Shown here piece by piece: positions 27,927 to 36,485 of a DNA stretch of 64,000 bases; positions within the stretch are counted from its first letter, which is position 1, and every line of letters starts with the position of its first letter. The notes beneath the pieces are model-generated. The model made no database searches, was not told where the DNA came from, and was given only the letters and a program-made list of their open reading frames with translations. Origin of the DNA: Nitrospiraceae bacterium (GTDB taxonomy: Bacteria > Nitrospirota > Thermodesulfovibrionia > UBA6902); contig QZKO01000067.1 in assembly GCA_003599505.1 (NCBI GenBank), positions 37,114 to 101,113 on the forward strand, given 5' to 3'. Both the position numbers and the translations under genes were made by a program.

Positions 27927-28272
27927 CTAAACAGGGCAGTTCTTCCACTACGGCGCCAGGCCTTGTATAAGTTAACGTCATTTTTCTGTGACCAGTCAGT
28001 TACAAGTTATGACTGTTTGTCATTCCGGCTTGTCCGGAATCGAGTTGCGCGAAGGATTCCCGATTACTACCTCGGTAATGACGATCCTTATGATATTTCC
28101 GGGTCTATGACAAAACATGTTCCTTTATTTATGAACTCATTAGTAACTTCCCATATAATCTGTTAATCTTGTATACTTTGAAAACTGACATCTGATAAAC
28201 ATCAGATGAAAGTTAACGCTCACGCAACACGATGAGCAACCCGCAGCTTCTATTAGGAGATGATAAGACAGA

Positions 28273-29421
28273 TTGAAAAGACGAATTAACCTCCTGCGTG
28301 AATTTTCCATACCGCTGTTTACCGGCGTGGTAGCGGCCCTCATCTGGGCCAACTACGGTCCCGAAAGTTACCATCACTTTATCCATGGACCTTTCATCGG
28401 GCCCCTCAGCTTTCACTTCATGACTAACGATATTTTCATGGTCTTTTTTTTCGGTATCGCTGCGGTTGAAATAACCCAGAGCTTCATGCCGGGCGGAGAC
28501 CTCAACCCAGTCAAAAAGGCAGTGAACCCGCTCATGGCGACCCTGGGCGGCGTGCTCGGGCCCGCGATCGTATACCTGGCGCTGAACCATTTTATCGGCT
28601 CTGAGGAGCTTCTCAGGGGCTGGGGGATCCCGACGGCAACAGACATCGCTTTCGCGTGGCTTGCGGCGCGCCTGGTCTTGGGGAGAAACCATCCGGCGAT
28701 TTCCTTTCTGCTTCTCCTTGCGGTAGCCGACGACGGGATAGGCCTTGCCATCATCGCAATCTTTTATACCGATCCGGCCTTGCCGGTCAAGCCCCTGTGG
28801 CTTATTTTGACATTCGGCGGCATGCTCGCCGGTTACGGGCTGCGCAGGCTGCGTGTCCGTTCATACTGGCCCTACTTGCTGTTCGGGGGCGGACTTTCCT
28901 GGGGCGGGTTGTTTAACGCCCACCTCCATCCGGCGCTGGCGCTTGTCTTCATCATCCCTTTCCTCCCTCAAGCGAGGAAGGAGAAAATGCACCTGTTCGA
29001 CGAAGACCTGGCGGACCATTCCACCATCGCCCAATTTGAGCATGAATGGAAGATCATCGTGGACTTCGGCTTGTTCATGTTCGGGCTCGCCAATGCAGGA
29101 GTCGAATTCTCCAGTATCGGGACCGCGACATGGCTTGTCGTTGCCGCGCTGTTTATGGGAAAGACCGCCGGGATATTTTCTATGGGCGTCATTGCCGAAA
29201 AACTCGGTTTCCCCCTGCCGCATAAAGTGAAAAAGAAGGAGCTTTTTGTGGTCGGGATCATCAGCGGATTAGGCTTCACCGTCGCGCTATTCGTTGCCGG
29301 GCAGGCCTTTGTCGACCCTGTGCTGAAAGGCGCGGCAAAGATGGGGGCCATGTTGAGCTGTTTGTCCGGGCTTGTTGCCTTCGTTGCTGGTAAGACTCTG
29401 AAGATCCAGAAAATCCATTAA
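28273..29421 (+). CDS. nhaA: Na+/H+ antiporter NhaA
   Basis: GWGIPTATDIAF, LAVADDGIG, FGLANAGV; TTG start. Confidence 0.9.
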   Translation: MKRRINLLREFSIPLFTGVVAALIWANYGPESYHHFIHGPFIGPLSFHFMTNDIFMVFFFGIAAVEITQSFMPGGDLNPVKKAVNPLMATLGGVLGPAIVYLALNHFIGSEELLRGWGIPTATDIAFAWLAARLVLGRNHPAISFLLLLAVADDGIGLAIIAIFYTDPALPVKPLWLILTFGGMLAGYGLRRLRVRSYWPYLLFGGGLSWGGLFNAHLHPALALVFIIPFLPQARKEKMHLFDEDLADHSTIAQFEHEWKIIVDFGLFMFGLANAGVEFSSIGTATWLVVAALFMGKTAGIFSMGVIAEKLGFPLPHKVKKKELFVVGIISGLGFTVALFVAGQAFVDPVLKGAAKMGAMLSCLSGLVAFVAGKTLKIQKIH

Positions 29422-29461
29422 CCGACTCTGGTTCGTCATGCCCGAGGTTTTAGTCGTAAGG

Positions 29462-30253
29462 TTATTGCTTTCCCTTAATAAACGGTATCGCGAGCAACTG
29501 CGCCAGGCCAAGCTCCTTCGGGTCCCTGAAGTTTGCAAGCCCTATATTCATATCGATATGACCCTTGTCCGGCTGGGCTTTATACGTTTTGAAAATCCGG
29601 TCCCACCACGGCAGGTTGAAGCCGAAGTTGCTGTTATATTCATTGATAATGACGGAGTGATGGACCCGGTGCATATCAGGCGTAACAACGAACAACCTGA
29701 GCGCCCTGTCCAGTCCGGGAGGGAACTTAACATTACTGTGGTTGAACATCGAGGTCGCGTTCAGCAGCACTTCAAACGCCACCACCGACCAGGGCGGAGC
29801 GCCGATTATTATAACCGATACGATTTTGATCCCCATGGACAGGACAATTTCTCCCGGATGAAAGCGCGTGCCTGTGGTCACGTCAAAATCGAGGTCCGTA
29901 TGGTGCATCCGGTGAAACATCCACAACGGCTTCATGTAATGGACGGCGACATGCTGAAGATATATGATGAGATCGAGAACTATTACCGATATGACGCCGG
30001 CCGTGAGTACCGGGACCCCTATGTTGTTGAATATCCCCCAGCCGCGCTCCGCGCTCAGCTTTGCCACATCGAATGCCATCAGGGGGAAGATCAGCCGGAC
30101 CGCGGCGCTGTCGATAAAAGTTATGGAAAGGTTATTGAACCACCGCGCGGCCTTTGAAGTCTTTAAAACACGCCTCGGAGCAATCAGCTCAAGGACCGCC
30201 ATCACGGCAAATACCCCGAAGAAAAAACCGAGCCTGATATAAATCTCATTCAT
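29462..30253 (-). CDS. Sterol desaturase / fatty acid hydroxylase family
   Basis: His boxes YLQHVAVH, HRMHH, MFNHSN, HRVHH; likely start ATG 30253. Confidence 0.9.
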   Translation of the reverse strand: MNEIYIRLGFFFGVFAVMAVLELIAPRRVLKTSKAARWFNNLSITFIDSAAVRLIFPLMAFDVAKLSAERGWGIFNNIGVPVLTAGVISVIVLDLIIYLQHVAVHYMKPLWMFHRMHHTDLDFDVTTGTRFHPGEIVLSMGIKIVSVIIIGAPPWSVVAFEVLLNATSMFNHSNVKFPPGLDRALRLFVVTPDMHRVHHSVIINEYNSNFGFNLPWWDRIFKTYKAQPDKGHIDMNIGLANFRDPKELGLAQLLAIPFIKGKQ

Positions 30254-30258
30254 GTGTG

Positions 30259-31242
30259 GGGTCAGGCTTGCTTTCATGCATTTAATTTCCTTATTACCCT
30301 TTGAACTATTTTCCCTTCTTCCCTGTTCTCAGAGGTCTTGCTCCATCGCGATAATACCGACAAATCCCTTTTTAATTCACTCTGCAATTCCACCAGCCGA
30401 TATCCCGATTCCCTGCATGCCCCGGCAAATATGACCCTTGCCGACTTTACTGCGTTCCCCCTTCCGCGTGACTTTATTTCTTCTTGTGAAACGCCGGTTT
30501 CCTCTAAGACTGCTGCAAATACCTCTTTAAGGGGCGGCTTCCTGACCCGTTTGTCCAGATTATCCACTTCCTCCGCTACTTTCTCTATAAACTTTTCATC
30601 TCCAATAATCTGCTGACCCACGGCCTTGTATACTGACCCGTCACTTTTTATCCCGATTGCAACATCCACAAAATCCCTGTACAGCTTCCGCGCCTCCGAC
30701 GGCCTCTCTGAAAACATTCGCAATACCTTGTCCGTTTCAACAACCCCTTTATTACCGTCCAGGTATTCACGGTGGCTGCTCCATTTGTACTCCTGCGGCT
30801 TCTCTACCAGCTTCGCCCGCACCGGATTTAAGTGTATGTATCGGACCAGGCTTAACAGATATATGTCCCTGTCACAAAGATATGCCTTGTATCTCCCCTG
30901 AAAAAGATGCCCTGTTTTCTTATATCTTTGATTAAAGTACCGCGTATACGTAAAGCTGATTACCTGCATTATCCTCGATATCGGCGTCTTCGGTGTCTCC
31001 ACCAACAAATGCACGTGATTTGTCATCAGCGTATAGGCATATATTATAAACCCATGCCGCCTCCTGTATCTTTCTACAAGTTCAAGATACTTGAATCTGT
31101 CTTTTTTATCTTTAAATATCGCCTGTCGCTGATTGCCACGCACTATTACGTGATAAAATGCTCCGGGATACTCTATTCGCGGTGGTCTCGCCATTGTGAA
31201 CTAATTTTAGCTGTCTCATCTGCACGTTTGCAAGCCTGACCC
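30259..31242 (-). mobile_element. RAYT-like element with terminal inverted repeats
   Basis: GGGTCAGGCTTGC (30259-30271) / GCAAGCCTGACCC (31230-31242), extendable to about 22 bp with RTGCA; encloses only the transposase. Confidence 0.8.
30274..31194 (-). CDS. Y1 HUH transposase (REP-associated/IS200-like) with C-terminal HTH extension
   Basis: YHVIVRGN, MTNHVHLL (HUH), GHLFQGRY, RYIHLNPVRA, YKWSS. Confidence 0.93.
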   Translation of the reverse strand: MARPPRIEYPGAFYHVIVRGNQRQAIFKDKKDRFKYLELVERYRRRHGFIIYAYTLMTNHVHLLVETPKTPISRIMQVISFTYTRYFNQRYKKTGHLFQGRYKAYLCDRDIYLLSLVRYIHLNPVRAKLVEKPQEYKWSSHREYLDGNKGVVETDKVLRMFSERPSEARKLYRDFVDVAIGIKSDGSVYKAVGQQIIGDEKFIEKVAEEVDNLDKRVRKPPLKEVFAAVLEETGVSQEEIKSRGRGNAVKSARVIFAGACRESGYRLVELQSELKRDLSVLSRWSKTSENREEGKIVQRVIRKLNA

Positions 31243-31273
31243 TATACGCTCTATACGCTCTGACCCTATACGC
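31237..31273 (+). repeat. Short tandem repeats overlapping the right TIR
   Basis: TGACCCTATACGC at 31237-31249 and 31261-31273 with CTATACGCTC between. Confidence 0.85.
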
Positions 31274-31276
31274 CTA

Positions 31277-31296
31277 CAAGTGCGTTTTGTTATCTG
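31277..31296 (-). other. Truncated attC left half (R'' box)
   Basis: Minus strand CAGATAAC-AAAAC-GCACTTG just after the last cassette gene; same R'' as the full attC. Confidence 0.5.
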
Positions 31297-31318
31297 ATGT
31301 TTTACATATTCGTTGTCC

Positions 31319-31750
31319 CTATTTTTTCTCTATTCTCCTTTGTTCAATATCTTTGCTGTAATCGTCTATTGAACGAAGAATATCTCCAGTTATATCAGGA
31401 TGTCCAAAAAAGAAAAGCTTGCCTCGCTTGGCTGTATCGACATAGACTTTAGTTCTGTCTTCTGCTATCGGCTCTAACCATATTGAAACTTTAGAACCAG
31501 TCGCCCAGTATGTACCTGGAAATCCTCCGGCTGAAATAAAGCCCTCAATATATGAATCGCCAGCTTTTTCAATATCTACATTATAAGTCACAATTACATC
31601 GAGAACTATTTTACGGGCTTGTTGAATAGGATGTTCTAATACAATACTCTGTGATTCCGATTTTACAAGCGGTAAACATCCAATGTGACACAATAATAAT
31701 GTTGCAACTATAATAAATCTTTTAAATTGTAAGAAATTAATTATTTTCAT
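31319..31750 (-). CDS. Hypothetical lipoprotein (cassette cargo)
   Basis: ATG 31750; hydrophobic leader ending HIGC; AT-rich. Confidence 0.7.
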   Translation of the reverse strand: MKIINFLQFKRFIIVATLLLCHIGCLPLVKSESQSIVLEHPIQQARKIVLDVIVTYNVDIEKAGDSYIEGFISAGGFPGTYWATGSKVSIWLEPIAEDRTKVYVDTAKRGKLFFFGHPDITGDILRSIDDYSKDIEQRRIEKK

Positions 31751-31757
31751 AGCCGTC

Positions 31758-32252
31758 TCATTTTGCCGGCGTTCTGAACCTGAAAGGCGTGTTGCTGACT
31801 GAAGTTCTGCCAGTCGCAATGCCGATTGTATAAATAACCGTCTCGTCAAAGGTACTCCAGTCACTAACAGACGACCCTCTACGTTTCCGGACTGACCAGT
31901 AGTAAAGTGTATCGTATTCGAGCGGCCTCTCAAGCTTATGAAAGTTATCTTTTAAATTCTCAACATAATATACTTCGTTACCCCAGCTAATACTACTCTC
32001 TGGATAAGCAGATGCTGCTTTTACTTCTTCTATATTTGGCTTCCATATAGAAAAATCAAAGGTAGTACTATCTTCCACTGCTGCTTCCCATTTGAAGTCA
32101 GGTTGAAGTGAATCAACATTTACTGGTGTCATTTGAGGTAACAATAAACTATTTTTAGGGGCAATTGGCTTTATTCCGCTATAATGACGCATTGCAGGCA
32201 TACAACTTGCGACAAGAGTAAAGAAGAAACAAAGAATAATCACTTTTTTCAT
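31758..32252 (-). CDS. Hypothetical lipoprotein (cassette cargo)
   Basis: GGGAGG RBS; LVASC lipobox. Confidence 0.75.
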   Translation of the reverse strand: MKKVIILCFFFTLVASCMPAMRHYSGIKPIAPKNSLLLPQMTPVNVDSLQPDFKWEAAVEDSTTFDFSIWKPNIEEVKAASAYPESSISWGNEVYYVENLKDNFHKLERPLEYDTLYYWSVRKRRGSSVSDWSTFDETVIYTIGIATGRTSVSNTPFRFRTPAK

Positions 32253-32302
32253 TTTGTTTCCCTCCCTTCAGTTACCATTAAAAGTTTTGAGAAATCGAAG
32301 CA

Positions 32303-33349
32303 TTATTTGTTTTCTTTAATATTAATTATTTTGTATTCATTATTAGCTCTGACGTTATAGACACATGCAATACCTTCTATTGCCCGCGCCCAACATCTTC
32401 TATTAGTATCTACTTTGAATGATTCAATAACTTCGCTGTTGGTTGCGTTTGATATTTTAATAAGTCGGATATCTTCTGCTTTAAAAATAAAATGTATCTG
32501 CCTTCTCGCCGACAGCTTAACAGGTTGATGATTGTCCAAATAAAAGTAAATGTCATTATTCAAAGAATTATCAACCAATAAAGAAAATTGATCCTTATGC
32601 GGATTAGCATCCGTAATCTCATAAACCAAGTCAAATACAACTTCTAATAATGCAAGAATTCTGTAAAGTATTTTGGCAAGTATTGGAATACGCGGAAGTA
32701 AGCTATATATCCCATTGAGAAAATTGTGATAAAAAATCCCTTTCCCTTCTATGAAGTGCATACCGTTAGACTTTGTTGGTATTTTTTGAATAACCATATC
32801 CGCGACTGGTCCTAATGAGCCTGATGTTGCTTCAACATAGCCTATTGGTATATCTTCCGTCTCTATTAAAGGTGAAGGATTAAAATCATCAAGTGTAAAA
32901 AATGGTGGCCGTAAAAAGAAGAACCGTTTATTCTTTATTTCTAATTGATCAGATATATTGTCAAAATCGATTTGTTCTCCTTGCAATTCTGTTTTTCCCG
33001 CTTTTGCGGCGTACTCAACTGGAGGTGGTGAGCTTTTGGATGAAATTAGAGAAGGGAGGAACTTAATTGTTGAATAACCAACAATTCCAATAATTCCAAA
33101 TACAATCAGCACAAAAACAACCATAGAAGAACTCATTATAATAGTTTCTACTTTTTCCCATCTTTTTCTTTTTCGTTTAAGTTGCTCAGATTGTTCAAAA
33201 GCTTTTATTGTAGTTTCACGTTGATTCTCAATAGTTTCATTTTGACACATATCTTTTAAAGAACATACTAAGCATTTGTCGCTTTTGTATCTTTCATAAA
33301 ACCGACTATAGCAATCTGGCTTTTCCTGAGTTTCTTTCTCATGACTCAT
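32303..33349 (-). CDS. Hypothetical membrane-anchored protein
   Basis: GGAGG RBS immediately after ATTATCTG boundary; N-terminal Cys cluster, one clear TM. Confidence 0.75.
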   Translation of the reverse strand: MSHEKETQEKPDCYSRFYERYKSDKCLVCSLKDMCQNETIENQRETTIKAFEQSEQLKRKRKRWEKVETIIMSSSMVVFVLIVFGIIGIVGYSTIKFLPSLISSKSSPPPVEYAAKAGKTELQGEQIDFDNISDQLEIKNKRFFFLRPPFFTLDDFNPSPLIETEDIPIGYVEATSGSLGPVADMVIQKIPTKSNGMHFIEGKGIFYHNFLNGIYSLLPRIPILAKILYRILALLEVVFDLVYEITDANPHKDQFSLLVDNSLNNDIYFYLDNHQPVKLSARRQIHFIFKAEDIRLIKISNATNSEVIESFKVDTNRRCWARAIEGIACVYNVRANNEYKIINIKENK

Positions 33350-33418
33350 AATGCACTACCTCCATACAGATAATGCGGCGCTGCTCAACTGCTGCATTCT
33401 CCCCGTAGCGAAGCGGAG

Positions 33419-33552
33419 GGGAGAACGATAAGCTCACTGACGAGTGCCAAGAAGCACGTCAAAGAGCATGAAACCGATTTGATAATCATAAGTCATAATC
33501 AGTCTGTAAAAGCGTCCTGTGGCACTCGTTCACGTGCAGCGTCAGGTTATCT
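33419..33552 (-). other. Integron attC recombination site (134 bp)
   Basis: Minus strand R'' AGATAAC, 5 bp, L'' GCTGCAC, inner stem AACGAGTGCCA/TGGCACTCGTC, L' GTGAGC, 5 bp, R' GTTCTCC; starts 5 bp after a stop codon. Confidence 0.8.
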
Positions 33553-33556
33553 GCTG

Positions 33557-34543
33557 TTACTTATATCCTAACTTTACTTCTGTCCCGTCTGGCAAAATTA
33601 CTTTGCCCTTCCCACGCAGATAAACATAGCCGTATGATTCAATAATTCCGAAATTAAGCCTATCGGATTTATCACCTTCGTTAAGAAAATTATAATTTCC
33701 TATTCTTACACTACCGTATATTTCATGAATACTACCATTACCCAAAGGAGCGGTTATATCTGCCTGAGATTCAGGGACTTCTTTTTGGTATATGATGTAT
33801 ATTGGTTTATTAAAAGCATCGAACCTATCAAACATTGCTCCTAATAACCGAGGGTTCATACCAGCCTGCTTTATGAGTTCCTTAACTGATTCACGTGATG
33901 CTAATGTAACATTATCTACAGATTTTGAATTATTTACTCTGGAAACACAGTTAACCAAATTAAAACAGGCAGCCATCATTTCACTTGATAGAGGGATTTC
34001 TTTTATGAAGAATCTGTTTCCTAAACCATTTTTTTTAATATCTTCAATAGTAGTTGGGGGATTTGCCTCGGTCTCTAATTTATTTATAGACTCATTTGGA
34101 GAGATGGCCGGGTTTGTTTGAGCAAGCTTTTCGAATAAAATGACGTCATATTTGAGCATTGCTTTTCTCGTTTTTATATCCACAGACTTTGACTCTTTAT
34201 CAGATGTGATCAATTTTACTTTCCACCCTTCGCCTCTAAAGTCATTTGTGATTGTAGTTGCAATTATACTTGTACCCCGCGATTCTTTTATGGGATCAAC
34301 AAGTAAACCATATTTTTTTGCGTCACTATATTTCACAAAAAAACTATTATCTGGATATTCAACTAATGTTAATTCTATCCCTTTAATAATCCAGGTTCCA
34401 TCATTCGCCACTGTTGAGCTCATAATGCCTTCACTGATCGTACCAATAAATTTATTCTCAGTTTGTTCTGTTTGTTCAGCATAACCAGCAGTACTTAAAA
34501 CGATTATTAAAACAACTATCAAATCTATTGTTTTTTGTATCAT
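33557..34543 (-). CDS. Secreted hypothetical protein (cassette cargo)
   Basis: AAGGAG RBS, signal peptide ending AGYA; ends directly at attC. Confidence 0.75.
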   Translation of the reverse strand: MIQKTIDLIVVLIIVLSTAGYAEQTEQTENKFIGTISEGIMSSTVANDGTWIIKGIELTLVEYPDNSFFVKYSDAKKYGLLVDPIKESRGTSIIATTITNDFRGEGWKVKLITSDKESKSVDIKTRKAMLKYDVILFEKLAQTNPAISPNESINKLETEANPPTTIEDIKKNGLGNRFFIKEIPLSSEMMAACFNLVNCVSRVNNSKSVDNVTLASRESVKELIKQAGMNPRLLGAMFDRFDAFNKPIYIIYQKEVPESQADITAPLGNGSIHEIYGSVRIGNYNFLNEGDKSDRLNFGIIESYGYVYLRGKGKVILPDGTEVKLGYK

Positions 34544-34788
34544 ATTAATATTCTCCTTTTCCTTTTAGAAAACAAATCCCAAATAAAATCATCGTGCTAA
34601 TGATACCAACTACGCTTAGACTCAAAGGCATTGGGCCGCCTCCTTTTGAACATCCTGAAGAATATAGATAATTTTACTATTAACACTGTTCCTATTAAAG
34701 AACAAATACCTCCACAAATTTTTGCAAATAATGACATTCCTATCCCCCCTTTCTTTGTCAGCAATGGGCAACTCGTTTATAAAAGGTT

Positions 34789-35268
34789 TTATTTATTCTC
34801 TTTTCTAAAAATATAGTCATCGGCAATACCTGTCTTCTCATTAACTAAAACCAATAACATATCAGTTTTAGTCTCCATATCTTGTTTACCAATAATTGGA
34901 ACAGTTACCATTTGTCCTTCCATCTTGGTAAAGGTATAACCATAAATCCGATGGTCTTCTGTAATTTTATGCTTTGATGAAAACAAGTCAAAAGAGGGGT
35001 ATACAAACTGAGGGGCCATCATGCCAACCATAGCTCCTTGTTTTGATGATGCTGCTTCCTCGCCTTGTTTTTGTATAACATTAGGAATACCAAACCACTG
35101 GATAATATCTTCTTTCGTGGTTTTGCCGGGTTGAATCATTTTAACCATATCTTCTTTTATTGGTGTTCCCATTTTGAACGACTGCCCCATAAACATACAT
35201 CCTGCTAAAAACAGGATGGTAACGAAAATGCACAAAAGAAATCCGTTAATCTTTGATTCTCTTTTCAT
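34789..35268 (-). CDS. Hypothetical lipoprotein with SmpA/BamE-like motif
   Basis: FLAGC lipobox; IQPGKTTKEDIIQWFGIP. Confidence 0.7.
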   Translation of the reverse strand: MKRESKINGFLLCIFVTILFLAGCMFMGQSFKMGTPIKEDMVKMIQPGKTTKEDIIQWFGIPNVIQKQGEEAASSKQGAMVGMMAPQFVYPSFDLFSSKHKITEDHRIYGYTFTKMEGQMVTVPIIGKQDMETKTDMLLVLVNEKTGIADDYIFRKENK

Positions 35269-35712
35269 AACATATTCTCCTTTCTTGCATACATCAAACC
35301 TAATAAAGTACGTCTTGGCACAGCACTAAAATTTTCTTTGCATGAATTACATATAACATCTTGCATAGCTGTTCCCATAACAGCCCTCCTTTTCATGCCC
35401 TCAGTGAGCAGATAACGAGTCTGTAGAATAAGTCTCCGGCCCGAAAAATCAATTTGATTTTGGGAATCATAAACCCTTGCTTCACCCAAGATCGTTCAAT
35501 ACAGTGCATTCTGAGCATCCGTTTTTTTGCTCAACCTCTCGCAATTTTTCAGAGAGGCCTTTTTCTACAGCTTCAACGATATCTATACTACGCAGTAGGA
35601 ATAGTAAAAAGAACCCGGAATTCGCTGATAGAAAATTATAAACTTCCCTGTGGCCGTTTGTCACGAAAAAAATACAAAAGGAGGTAACCGCTCAGTCACG
35701 TGGGGGACAATA

Positions 35713-35801
35713 CCCCCCCCTTTTGGCAAAGGGGGGCGAGGAGGGATTTTTTCAATACATTCTATAAAATCTCCCCTAACCCCTCTTTTTCAAAGAGGGG
35801 G
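35713..35801. repeat. Inverted dyad of CCCCCCTTT-N-AAAGGGGGG hairpins (REP/MITE-like)
   Basis: CCCCCCCCTTTTGGCAAAGGGGGG..GGGATTT / AAATCTCCCCTAACCCCTCTTTTTCAAAGAGGGGG. Confidence 0.75.
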
Positions 35802-35875
35802 ACCTTCACACACACCCTCCACTGAAGGGTTACAGTTGCGCGGGCGCGCAATTAGACGGATCTTCTACGGCGGCT

Positions 35876-36400
35876 TTATTCTTCAAGCTGGACCCTTATA
35901 TACGCCTTCTTTCTCAGCTCCCCGATATGCTCAACGATCTTCTCTTTTAACTCCGTGTCAATAAGGCGGTCTTCTATTTTGTCTTTGACTTCATAGAATT
36001 CCTCCTCACCGAACTCTTGCCTGTTCCGGGTGTAATATGATTCGATCTCTTCAATCGGTATATGGATAAACGCCCTTATGCTCCTCTCGATGTATTCTTT
36101 CACAAGCGCGGCGTCATTTCTCCTTTCCGCGATGTCCCGTGTTCCTCCGGGCATCAGTCTTTTTGCCTGGTCCAGAAGCAGCGCCCTGTCTATCATGCCG
36201 TTCAGGACTTTTTCCCCGGTTACTCCGGGATCGGACTTTCTCGCGGCCTGAAGCTCCTCATCGTATTCGCTCAGCAGGATCAGCCGGTTATTCACTATCG
36301 CTACTATCCGGTCCAGGACCTCAGCGTAGCTATTAGCGGTCAGCAACCAACTGACAGCAATCAGCAACAGAATCAAAATTAATATTTTCAGGTTCTTCAT
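35876..36400 (-). CDS. SurA N-terminal-domain protein
   Basis: EVLDRIVAIVNNRLILLSE; C-terminal LRKKAYI; signal peptide overlaps heptamer run at 36328-36367. Confidence 0.8.
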   Translation of the reverse strand: MKNLKILILILLLIAVSWLLTANSYAEVLDRIVAIVNNRLILLSEYDEELQAARKSDPGVTGEKVLNGMIDRALLLDQAKRLMPGGTRDIAERRNDAALVKEYIERSIRAFIHIPIEEIESYYTRNRQEFGEEEFYEVKDKIEDRLIDTELKEKIVEHIGELRKKAYIRVQLEE

Positions 36401-36437
36401 TCTCCTTTAACTCCAAACTCTAAACTTGCAACTTTCC

Positions 36438-36462
36438 GGGCGGGTTTAAAACCCGCCCCTAC
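36438..36462 (-). repeat. REP-like palindrome with GTAG foot
   Basis: Minus strand GTAGGGGCGGGTTTTAAACCCGCCC. Confidence 0.8.
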
Positions 36463-36485
36463 CCCCTTTGCCCTACACGCTAATC

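Noticed and set aside
34573-34790. Possible small minus-strand membrane ORF between cassette genes
   Set aside because: About 46 codons with no recognisable features; may be a remnant
35416-35700. Full attC or attI with integrase upstream of the first cassette boundary
   Set aside because: No complementary L boxes found and no tyrosine recombinase ORF nearby; only the GTTATCTG core is supported
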